Origin: Macrostomum hystrix
Lineage: Eukaryota > Animalia > Platyhelminthes
DNA length: 64,000 nucleotides
Assembly: GCA_950097015.1 (NCBI GenBank)
Contig: CATNEN010000038.1
Span: 22,320,001 to 22,384,000 of the forward strand
Direction: 5' to 3'
Shown here: positions 1 to 11,592 of the stretch, in pieces
Position numbering within the stretch: the first letter of the stretch is position 1
Layout of the letters: the number at the start of each line of letters is the position of its first letter
Program-made: the position numbers and the translations under genes
Notes under the pieces: generated by a model
Databases searched by the model: none
Told to the model about the DNA's origin: nothing
What the model saw: the letters and a program-made list of their open reading frames with translations, nothing else

Positions 1-204
1 AGAGTTGGTGGCGGCGGCTGCGGCGGCGGCGGCTGTTGACACCGAGATCACCGATTCATCATCTCTCAATGAGCCGAATGAGATCTCAGTGTCGCCGGCA
101 ATACTGCCCCTACCGCCGCCAGGTGTTGTTCGCTGACGTCCGGCGCGTTTTGTTCCACCGTTGATGTTGAACCGCTGGGCGTCCGTGTACACAGCTGTAG
201 TCAT
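1..204 (-). CDS. 5' end of an unidentified gene running off the window start
   Basis: ATG at 204-202 opens a stop-free GC-rich frame MTTAVYTDAQRFNINGG...STAAAAAAAATNS to position 1; composition like other exons here. Confidence 0.5.
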   Translation of the reverse strand, partial: MTTAVYTDAQRFNINGGTKRAGRQRTTPGGGRGSIAGDTEISFGSLRDDESVISVSTAAAAAAAATNS

Positions 205-824
205 CTTTATTATAATAGAAGTGTTTATAATATTACTGATGCCAGATATACAAACTGTGGATTGTCTGGGCGGTAGGGTCGGATAGTGACACGTGAATTA
301 GAGTTTGAAGCTCGCACAGATGGTTTATTATATAAGGCAAAGATAAGAGAGACAAGAATTGTAGGGGGTTAGAGAGATGAGATGAGTGTATGCAGTACTC
401 CTATACAATGAAGTTTCTCTTTATTATTATTTTTAGACATTCTATCCATAAACGTCTATAGCAAAGAGAAAATTATTGAAACTATGAGAGACTGTCACAC
501 AGATAGACGAGGGTGAAGGAGAGGGGGGAGGGTACAATGGTATGGGTGTACACCGTCAAACGACCATTTTTTTGACCATAGTGTATAGTCTTGAGCAGTT
601 AGTAAAATTCTGATGCAATTGACGTGAAAATAACACAGAGGACTTCTATTTTGTTTAGTGGTTTTTTCGATAGATTATTGATGTTTTCTACAAGCTTGGC
701 CACACCATAGCAACGTTAAAATTTGACAAATATTTAATCTATGTGATTGCTAATTATTTTTTCTCATTTTTAAGATTCCATTTAAAATACCCTTTCATTT
801 TTATTTTTCTTTCTGTATCTCCCA

Positions 825-1380
825 AAATATTCAACGATTCCACGGCATCGTCGAAGATATTCAACGATTCCACGGCATCGTCGAAGATATTCAACGATTC
901 CACGGCATCGTCGAAGATATTCAACGATTCCACGGCATCGTCGAAGATATTCAACGATTCAACGGCATCGTCGAAGATATTCAACGATTCCACGGCATCG
1001 TCGAAGATATTCAATGATTCGACGGCATCGTCGAAGATATTCAACGATTCAACGGCATCGTCGAAGATATTCAACGATTCAACGGCATCGTCGAAGATAT
1101 TCAACGATTCAACGGCATCGTCGAAGATATTCAACGATTCCACGGCATCGTCGAAGATATTCAATGATTCAACGACATCGTCGAAGATATTCAATGATTC
1201 GACGGCATCGTCGAAGATATTCAACGATTCAATGGGATCGTCGAAGATATTCAACGATTCAACGGCATCGTCGAAGATATTCAACGATTCAACGGCATCG
1301 TCGAAGATATTCAACGATTCAATGGGATCGTCGAAGATATTTAACGATTCAACGGCATCGTCGAAGATATTCAATGATTC
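825..1380. repeat. 30-bp minisatellite, about 18 copies
   Basis: unit TCGAAGATATTCAACGATTCCACGGCATCG; explains the periodic ORFs at 743-1430. Confidence 0.95.
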
Positions 1381-1424
1381 TCGTCGGGGTGTCTGGTGGC
1401 AAAATCAATAACAATTTAAATAAT

Positions 1425-1679
1425 AATTGATTACACCTGACCCAATGGGGCCAGATGTGCAGCCGACAGCCCAGCCGCAGCTATTGCGCGGCGCAACTGA
1501 AGACTGCGTACAGCTGTTCAGTCCATGGACTGGGGGACGCCACACCCACCTTCAATTATCCCAGCTGATGCTGGTACCCATTTAACAGCTGGGTGAACTG
1601 AAGCAATGCAGAGTTAAGTGTCTTGCTAAAGGACACAAATTGTACAAGTGGAGTCGGGAATCGAACCCCCGAACTTCAA
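1425..1679 (-). mobile_element. tRNA-derived CORE-like SINE, family A (5'-truncated)
   Basis: reverse-complement match to the copy at 54009-54304. Confidence 0.85.
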
Positions 1680-3227
1680 CGTGGGTCTGAAAATTTGTTT
1701 ATCTACCCAGTATAAATGTAGCACAGCCAGTCTGGTCAGAAAAATGTGGTTTCGTCGATGACCTGTCTGTCCAGTTTCTTTATGTAGAGCTATAATGGCT
1801 GTTCTTTCAAACTATGTTGTATTAAGAGCTTATACAACCTAGAGTGCCTTGCCAGTGTTTAACAGTAGACTCATGCTGAGGCATGGTTTGAATGAAATAA
1901 CTTTGCAGCTCTTGTTTCTTTTCTGTCAGTGTTCCAAAAGCTTGTTGACAAAACCTTTCCTCGAAATAGTTGAATTCGGGTAAAAAATAACGAACCATTG
2001 TTTCATAATTTTGTTTTCAGCAAAATTCAAAATAACATAAATAGAAAATTATAATTCTGTATATCATAAACACGGGCATATTATAAACAATTTATATAAA
2101 AAATTCTTTCTTCACTACTGGCTAAGTATATAATGATTTAAGTATAAGTAGTCTGAGGAGTTTTATGCAATCCGAAAAATAAAAAACCAAAGTCCTAAAC
2201 GATAAAAACTTTTCTTCATAGCTTTTTTGGCTCAAAACATGAATTGTATTGAAAGTACAATGTGTGTATGCGAATCAGCCACGCTGAATGTGTGCTTTGT
2301 ATATTTTTGCCTTGCTACTTTATTATTCGTGATTCTGTGCCTATTTAAACATACAAATATTGTACATATTTTTCAATAGCTTCTAAACGACAATCGCGAC
2401 ACATACTACTAATACAAGCTACTTATCGCGTAGAAAAAAAGAATACTTTGTACGTAGATTATTATTTTTGTAAAACAGATGTTAGTTGGGAAGTGGCATG
2501 ACTATTGCTAGCAGGCATGTTATTCTCAAAACTTTCTTTTTTAAGTGTTGTGTAACAAAATACAAAACTAAAATCTAATTAATCGCTTTCGTATTGCAAA
2601 TATGTTTTTATTGGACATAAATACATATTACAAAAGAAAGAGAATATTATCTGACCACGGAATATACTAACACAAACAGTTAGAATAAAAATAGGCTTAC
2701 AATAATAAAGTACTTGTTTCACTGTTGTAGAGAAGCAACAGGAGGGATGTTTTTACAATTAATAACATTATTATTATCTAATAAATATAAACAGCAGCAC
2801 TCGTACAGCAGATTTTTTATCGTAAATTACTGACCAACCTTCTGTTATTTAAGTACATACTAAAATACATATATTCTTAGTTCAATGCTTATAATTAGTA
2901 TTTATTACCAAGCTACTGTCACTTTTTCACACAATTCTACTAGCAAGTAATATGAAGCGAAAGTAAGAATAAAATATACATATACATCTTTCACAAAAAG
3001 ATACTAATATTAATTTGTTAATTAGTAATTTATAAAGTTGTTTGGGGCACATTATTTGACTATTTTGCTAAGAAATCAAGATTTGCCGATCAATGCAAAT
3101 GTGCAATCAACGATTTGGGACATTTACTGACATTTTAAAGTGAACACGAAACGATGAAATTCTGCGACAGAATACAAAAACTAGCTTGCAAAACATTGAG
3201 ATTAGAGAAGAAGGGGAGACACAAAAT

Positions 3228-3418
3228 ATAGAGATTAGACACAAGAGATAGAGATTAGACACTGGAGATAGAGATTAGACACGGGCCATGGAGATTAGAC
3301 ACTAGAGATAGAGATTAGACACTGGAGATAGAGATTAGACACGGGAGATAGAGATTAGACACTAGATATAGAGATTAGACACTGGAGATAGAGATTAGAC
3401 ACGGGAGATAGAGATTAG
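3228..3418. repeat. 20-bp minisatellite
   Basis: unit GAGATTAGACACTGGAGATA, about 9 copies. Confidence 0.9.
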
Positions 3419-4179
3419 GTCAACGGGAGTTGCGCTGAAGACCGATATTAGAGATGGATATAGCAATACGATGAGCATAGAATCAACAAGAACAATAGCA
3501 TAGGCAGTGAAGCGGGTGAGGCTCCAGTTACAAAAAGCAAGTTACTTAAGTATCAGGTCAGTTAAGCTTTGTAAACAGACCGAGCAACCTTATGTGATAT
3601 AAGTTGCACACAGAATCTAAAATTAAACAACACTTGATAAATGAGAACTGATCCCGGCCTGCCGAATTGAATTCAACAGGCAGGTTTTAGGCAGTAAAAG
3701 TAATTTTACGGCTAAAAGAAACACAGGGAGACTCGATGGTTGAGGAAAAAGTTTTGGGAATTAAGCAGTAGCTAGTGAAAGTTTGGGATAAGTAAAACAG
3801 CACAGGCGGTGGACACAAAGAGAAAAAATATGAATATTACACATAAAAAACGGAAGCAATCTAAAGTTTGTTGTCTTTTTTTGCTTAAACAATGAGACTT
3901 AGTTTCGTACTGTTATCAGGTAACGAGAATTTTCATTTTATAAAATCCATCGGGTTAAAAATCACACGCAGATAGATTAAAAGGTATAATTGACTGTCTA
4001 GAACATCACGATACATTAATTCTAGTAATAACAATAGGCAAATAACATCAATCTTATCTGCAGTTCAGCCCATCAATCATTATTTCTCTTGAGATCAAGG
4101 AACGGCTAACTTACATACTACACAGGCCAGGTTAAGGGACGACAGTTAGGGATAGGATGACAGGGGAGGTGAGAAAGGG

Positions 4180-4325
4180 GGAGATGAGACATGGGAGAGA
4201 TGAGACATGGGAGAGATGAGACAGGGGAGAGATGAGACATGGGAGAGATGAGACATGGGAGAGATGAGACATGGGAGAGATGAGACATGGGAGAGATGAG
4301 ACATGGGAGAGATGAGACAGGGTAG
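4180..4325. repeat. 16-bp minisatellite
   Basis: unit GAGATGAGACATGGGA. Confidence 0.9.
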
Positions 4326-5090
4326 ATTAGTCAGGAGAGAGATCAGAAGAAAAAGTACATAAAGTATACAAAACAAGAAACAATCCAAACTGGTAGAAAG
4401 AAAAGATATGAGAGGCAAAGACAGTGAAAATGCAGAGACTGAACAAGGGCTAGCAATGAGAGTAAATTGAGGGGACTTTCATTTTTCACTAACAAGTTCG
4501 TTGCTTTGAAAAGAGTCCATAATATAGTAGTGCGTTAATTGTACAGTAAAAAAAGTTAACAGACCAGCAAAAAGATAACTATATATAATGATTAATCTTT
4601 CTTTTAAATAGAGGGATACATTGATAATAGGAATATGCCTTCAGTGATGAAAAAATACTCAAACTGTTTTGCTTCGGTAGTTACTACTGCCAAAATACTA
4701 AGTAGTAAAACACCAACTTGGAATCCTATCTAACTAAAGAGCAAACTTTTGTTCATAAATTTTGTCACGTTTTACTTTTATCAGTTGAAAATTACCCCCC
4801 TCAATCAGAACACTTTTCCTGATTCAGTTAGCAAATTATCCATAAAGTTGCAATAAATTTAACAGAGTAATATAAGGCTTCACAAAAACAACTTTAAACT
4901 TAAAAAGGCTGGCAATCAAAAGTTGCGCTTTGATTTCGCCGATGGGATAACAAAAGAAGAAGATATCCGACTATCAAAATACTCGTATGAAACAAGAATT
5001 TTTTTTTGTTTGTAGGTAAACAGAAATTAAAAAACATCAGGAAGTAGCCAGTCTAACAGTCCGATCATTCTAATCACATCTAGCAGAAAT

Positions 5091-5258
5091 TTAAGATGTC
5101 GATCTATGCTGTTCATTGTTCGACCCAGTGCCCTGCTGATGCGGCATCTGTCTAATCTGAGCAGCAACGGCGGCTGTTGGCTGCTGCTGCTGCTGCTGCG
5201 GTATGAACTGAAAGGCTTGGCCTTGAGCGAATCTAGCAGCGGCTGCCATATGCTGGTA

Positions 5259-5291
<33 letters not shown>

Positions 5292-6343
5292 GTAGGCCAC
5301 AGCGTACAGGGCCGCAGCCTGCTGCTGTTGAAATGCTGCGGCTGCAGCTGCAACATGCTGCTGCTGATGCTGAACTTGCTGTTGAAGCTGATGAGCAGTT
5401 GGATGCTGCTGCTGCTGCTGTTGTTGCTGCGGTTGAGGCGGCGGAGAAGCAACGTGCTGCTGCTGCTGTTGCTGTTGGGCGGCAACGGCGGCGGCAGCGA
5501 CGGCAGCGCTAGTCGCGTGTGGATGATGAAAGTAGAATGGAGCTTGGACACCACCGCCCGCCACGCTAACGGCAGGGTAAGCGGCTAGAATTGAAGCCTG
5601 AGAATAGTGCTGCTGCTGCTGATGCTGCGACTGCTGCTGCTGCTGATAAGCCAGCATTTGGGCAGGGGTTAGTTGATAGTAATACTGTTGCGGCAGTTGC
5701 TGCTGCTGCTGCTGCATAGTAGCGGCAACATACTGCTCCGCAGTTAGCTGTTGCTGCTGCTGAGGCAAACGTTGACCCTGCTGCACCTGCTGGTGCTGCT
5801 GCAGATGAATCTGATGCTGTGGCTGAATAGAAGCTAACTGTTGCTGCTGCTGCTGCATCTGTGCCGTTATTGTTTGCTGCACAGGCAGCGGCGCCAGGGC
5901 CAATGCGTTGCGCTGATCCGGATCAAACCTGTACACACCGTAGCCGTCAGCGCTAATAAGCGGACCGCGCGAGTCAAAATAGACTGGCTCGCCGCGGTTG
6001 AGTTCGCCAACACGGCAGGGGACTAAGCGCAGTACCTGGGTCTCGTCGCGCAGATAAACAGGCGCATAATAGGTCGGCTGCGGACTGGCAGAGCCTGAAC
6101 AGGTCCGTCCCACTCCTGTCGCCGCCGTTGCTGATGCCACCGTTGACGAAGCGCCTTCGTCAGTTGGCATCGACTGTTGATGATGATGCTGATGCTGCTG
6201 CTGCTGCTGGTGGTTGTGAGGATGGCTTCGATTGCTGGCAGCTGCCGCAGCGGACGGCGAGCCGACGCCAGAAATAATCGGATCTTTCCGCTGCCTACGG
6301 TTGTAATCTTCGTAGGAGCCAGCCCGATGCGCGCCAGGGCCAG

Positions 6344-6374
<31 letters not shown>

Positions 6375-7976
6375 AAATGCTGGCTGATGATGCGGCTTTG
6401 AAGAGGCCGACTGCGACTGGTGAGGCCTGGAGCCTCCGCTGCCAGTCTTTTTATTCATCGAGGTTGAGGCTCTATCTTCAGCAGAAGCAGCAGCAGCAGC
6501 AGCAGCAGTAGCCGAAGCAGTCGAAGTTGTAGAAGACAACGAAGGCGGCTGCTGGCCGTTAAGCAACACGGCCGGGCTGGCCTCCCTGCCATTGTTTTGT
6601 GCCCCGGCGCCAGGCTGAAGTAGGTCGCGCAGCTCATAGTATCTAGCCAGATCGCTAACTGAAAAATTCCAATTGCGAAATCGATCCTTCTGTCTCTCAA
6701 TGCGTATCGTATTGTTCTGATAGGGGCCCATAATGTTGTGATCTAGGCCGTAGAAGGCGCACAGTTTGTGCATCAGCATGCGAACGCGCGGATCCTGATT
6801 GGTCCACAGAGTCTCATCGCCATCCTGCGGTGCGTGAAGAAATAATTATTATTGCACAGATATTTAATAACGCTGACTAATGTTCAACACTAAGAGGTCA
6901 GTGGCAGAGCGGTCTAACGTGTTTGCCTCTCCCACCATGGTACCTGAGCTCGATTCCACGGCGAGGCCACGTTTATTTGGGGCGCAGCCGCTGAGAGAAG
7001 GCTTGGGGGCTTGTCGTGCAATTTACGCCCCTGAGGACCAACCTCAAAGGCACAGTGAGAGTGTACACTGCCTGACGATGACGGAGTCAGGCCAGATATA
7101 CTCACCTGTGTGAGTGTGTGCCTGTGTACAGTGTGTTTGTGTGCGCTCAGGAGTCAGCGAAATGGGCAGAATTGCCTCCTCGCTGGCTGTGGGTCTAGTG
7201 TCTCTGAATACTAAACACTTTATAGCATAAGATTGATCCCAGTTGCAAAAATGTGAAAATTTTGATTCCATGGCCTAAAAATGTAGTATCGATCGAACGT
7301 AGTTTCAATAATATCAAGCCGCTGATCAAGAGTGCATGCCATAGCCCAACTAGCAAGACACACACACCTGAGATCCTTGATCCAATATCTTAGCCTTATG
7401 CTTCAGCCAATCGTCAAGTTCCAGCAGGTTAGTCTTATCCTTGCGCAGGCCGTCATTAGATAGCGTCTTCTCTAAGAAGCTGCCGATATCATCGTTAAGA
7501 GTGTCACGCACACCCAATCCAGTCTCCATAACGTTGAGATAGTCGGCGAGGCGTTTGGTAAGATCTGCTAGCTCATCTCGCTGCTGCCTATTGGTTAATG
7601 ATGAGCCTTCAGATGCAGCTGCGGCACTGGCGGCATGCCTAGCTGGGGAGGCGGATGCTGAAGCTTTCTTGCTGCTAGCTCGACTATTGCTGCGACTGTT
7701 GCTACCCACGAGTGGGGCCGCCTGTCCGGCAGACGATCCCAAGCCGTCATTATCATCAGCCGGTGGGCCGTCGCCACTTGGCAGAGGCATCACAGCCGTG
7801 GCGGCGGCCTCCTTAGAGCCGACATCAGCAGTTTCCGGCGCAGGCGAATCAGTCTGCTGCTGGCTGCGCTTTTTGGCACTATTGTTGCTGCCGCTGCCAC
7901 TGCTGCTGCTGCTGCTACTACCAGTGTCTGAGGCAGTGGAAGACTGGGGCACAACAACTGCTGCCGAAGATGACAT
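5091..7976 (-). CDS. R3H-domain RNA-binding protein (R3HDM/ARPP21/encore-like), 2 exons: 7976-7368 and 6824-5091, about 780 aa
   Basis: phase-0 GT-AG intron joins FLEKTL..KDKTNLLELD to RVRMLMHKLCAFYGLDHN (R-x3-H motif); long polyQ C-terminus. Confidence 0.8.
6895..7205 (+). mobile_element. tRNA-derived SINE, family B (intronic)
   Basis: A-box-like TGGCAGAGCGG, B-box-like GCTCGATTCC; body shared with six other copies in the window. Confidence 0.8.
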
Positions 7977-9110
7977 GATTATTCTACTGCTGATAGTTTT
8001 AATAAAAATGAAAACAACCAGTTGGCTAATGTTTTAAACGGATAGGTGCTCTCCAAGCAGTTCTAGAAACACTGCCTTCTGTACACGAAAAACTTTCTTT
8101 AGGCACGCGCACACTGCAGCTCTGCTAGCCTCAGGGCAAGTGTGGCTGAAAATTATTATATGTTACAATTTGCATTGCATTGCATTGAGTTGTGTAGTTC
8201 ATTAAGTTTTTTCTTTGTCAAATTCTTGGGGTCTAACTAGAAAAGGTTCATAGGTTGCATTGTAAAATGTTATTTAATTAGCAAAATCCTGGAACTTAAT
8301 AAATCCATTCCTACATTTTCATTTTTGAGGGTCTTTATCTGTTTCTTAATCAACACTTCTGATTAACATAATGTTATTATATATAATAGGTATGGTTACT
8401 AAAATGTTATATAGCAAGCATTATAAATTATCATTTAAAAAGAGCATTACAATATGTAAGAACATCTTTAATTTTTTTGTCAGCTACATAAGAATGAGAA
8501 AATGAATAATGTTTAAAAGCTAGCTAATTAAATAGTTAATTTAAAGTTTGTCTGATGCTTAATCTTAAGTTCTGTACTATTGTACTATACTCAAACTTAT
8601 GTTTGTTTAAACAACTGGTGTGTTGTTTACTTGCCATGCTACAATTACCCTATGTATATTACTATGTTATATATCACATCTATGTATATATGTACACCCC
8701 CAATAATGGCCAATCACCAAAAGAATTGCTACCTGTTGTACATTTACAAGTACAGTACGAGTTTATTTACAAGTATATCTAAAACATGCTTGGTCATCAA
8801 AACTGGCAGCAGCTAGGCAATTGTCTAGTCCCAAGCCCAGAATGAGTAACAATGAAGGCTTTAGTACAATAGATGATTTAGCATAGAGTTGAGTAGGCCT
8901 ATATTATAATCTATCTTGGCATATTTTATGGGTAATAGAAGGCTTTCTGCACTGCTGGCTGCAATGCTAACAATCTGCCCCTGGACTTGCCTCTTGACTT
9001 ACAGAGTGTCAAATATGTACTCGAGAAATATTTAAATTTTGATTAAAAAATATTGATTAATGATACACCTAAAGAATCAAATATTTATTCGCTTTTCTAC
9101 TTGCTATGTT

Positions 9111-9163
9111 CATTTTAATAAACCTGAAGATGCACGATTCTGTGCGAAACGTGTTGTTAAATG
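9111..9163 (+). ncRNA. minimal type I hammerhead ribozyme
   Basis: CUGAAGA-U-stem II (GCACG/UGUGC)-GAAA-minimal stem III-GUU, stem I AAC/GUU plus CAUUU/AAAUG. Confidence 0.7.
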
Positions 9164-9353
9164 TTAAATGTTGAGTCTTGCCTTTTTATTCATCTTATTT
9201 GCCAAGCAAGCAACTTTACCTGAATAAATGTGCTTACTTTCATCTTAGAAATGCAATTAAACCAATGCAAATATATAACAAACTCTTTTATACCTACACC
9301 CTTAGATTCTCAACTACAAACCACCATTGTTGTTGACTTTGTACCTTGTGCTC

Positions 9354-9603
9354 CATACATGTGCAACCTTCCAAATCTTAGCCAGCTGTGTGACTTAGTT
9401 TTTGCTCTATTTACGACTTGGTTTGCTCTCATTTGCTCTATTTTTCTCTCCCCCTTTTCCTCTTCTTCACGCCTTCCTTTTTTGTCCCTTGGTCCCCCTT
9501 TTGATTTTTTGCACTTGGTTGATTGGTTTTTGCGATTTACCTTGCTTGGCCCTCATTTCAACTAGCCAGTTTGGCCGGGTTGGCCGGGTGTTGCGCATGT
9601 ATG
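9354..9603. mobile_element. 250-bp MITE with 14-bp TIRs and 8-bp TSD
   Basis: TIR CATACATG(T/C)GCAAC...GTTGCGCATGTATG; TSD TTGTGCTC on both sides; second copy at 62150-62399. Confidence 0.9.
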
Positions 9604-11592
9604 TTGTGCTCAGACTAACTATACAGTATAGGCCTAGTGTGCAAAGCAGTAGACTATGGATACAGTTATTGCATAATTGGCTAGTTGATGAGGTGACTAA
9701 AGTTTGAGATGGCCCAACCCAACTAGCTAGTTGATGAAGTAACTAGCACCCAAAATTGAAGCTGAAAAACATGACACAACACAGAATATGTAAACCTTGG
9801 TGTCAACCCCAAAAGGTCATTCAGTGCCATGGTCATTCTGCAGTGTCTGCACCACTGTGACACTGCCTTCCACGATGCTGCAACATCAGAAAGTTCATAA
9901 AATGTGATAGGCAGTTCGACACCATTTGAAAACTTCTATTGTTCCAATAGGGGGCCTAGCTAGCAAGCCTGGCTAAATTAACTAGATTAGGCTAGATATT
10001 TAGACACAAACAGTTCTCAACTAAAGTAGCACGACTGCAAGGAAAAAATACCAAAATGCATAAACATTTCACTTTTTGCTAGTCGTAGTAGTAGGCTAGT
10101 AGCTTAGTAGGCCAGGTTACAAAGTAGGCTTACTGAGTCCAGGTAAAGTGTGAATGTGAGAACATAATTAATTACAATCGGAGGGAAGGCTAGGCTAGTC
10201 GTTTTGTATTTATTAACAAAAATAGACGTAGGCCCTAACTCTTTGGTTGAAAAAAACAAGTCCTTGATGAAGCATAGAGCATTTATACCTATTAACCTTT
10301 TACGATTTGTGTTTTAAGTCAAGATTTTCTCAATAGTTATAAACCTTTTCAAAGAAATACGTTCTCTTTCCAAAAAGGAACGGTCGCAGTTTGCTTTTGC
10401 TTGACCAATAATAAAGAATTAAATAGGTCAAACTGTTTCGATTTTACTTAGATATCAGCCACTTACGTGATTAATAACTTATCTTTTACTTGTCATTTCA
10501 AAACTTTCACATCTAGAAAAGCTTTATAAAGGACAAACAATGCTTAATAATTGTTTAATTAAGAAAAAGAAAAAAATTAAACTTTCTATTTCTAAGGAGC
10601 CTCAGCCCTCCTTGGGACCCTTGGGAGACTCTTAGGAGACAAGGTGACTAGCTCGTACAGCTCGTCAAAGTCAAAACAATTCAAACAACCAAACTTACAG
10701 ACCTAGCGCAACTGTGATAACAAATATCTCTGCCAAATATTTTTTCAATAAATATTCTGTATTTGCATTTTAAGGTTCAGAGTGAGAGTTGTCAAGCATT
10801 TTCTTTTCAATCCAAGACTAGCAAGGGCCTGTGCCAATTACCAACTGATCTAGACGACTCAGAGTTTTTACCTCAGGCTTTTCGTTTGCCTAACTGAAGA
10901 AGCAATACCATTATCAATATCGTCTCATTGATTAGGCTACATACTGACTAACTCAATGTTTAGCATAGCAAGCTACATTTAAAGTAAAGCAAAGAGAAAT
11001 TAGTAATTCGATGCATCATCAGGATTGCAGGCTGGCTAGCTAGCTTTAGTTTTTTCGTTAGTATTTAGACTTAAATTAAAATGAACAAAATTTACTACAG
11101 ATTTGCAGCTGATATTATATTCAAAGAATGGCAAATTGTAAAATGTTTTTTAACTAGGCCTAATGATTATATTTAATGAAGCAATTAAAGTTAATTAATG
11201 TAATGTAAGTAATGTAAGCAATGTAAGTTAATTACTATTTACAATTTTGAATTAGCTAGCCATTGTTTTTTCTGTTGTTATTCAATAGGTTAGACTTGGT
11301 ATGTGTCTATCTAGCTATAACCTGCAAGCTATACTATTAAGTATTTGTATGGTAGAAAACTTGAAGTTGAGGTACCTAGTATTGTCTAAATGCCATGTTA
11401 AAGATTTGATATAATGATTAATTGGAATATATCACAACATTGTTTATTTAATCATAATATAAAATTTTTCAGATGTTTCAACTGAATGTTGTATTGGTTT
11501 AAGCAAACTGGAATCTGATAGATTAAAGTAATTCAAGTAATTAAAGAAACAATAGAAATCATTGATGCGCATTGTTCAAGTTAAACCCGTGT

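Noticed and set aside
743-1430. Periodic ORFs on both strands (also 13426-13785, 15923-16189, 30919-31699, 50942-51334, 57264-58253)
   Set aside because: Translations of stop-free minisatellites, open in several frames and often intronic
5027-6700. Alternative-frame and antisense ORFs over the R3H gene, and similar ones over other exons and the Ngaro element
   Set aside because: Shadows of GC-rich or CAG-repeat coding sequence with no recognisable domains
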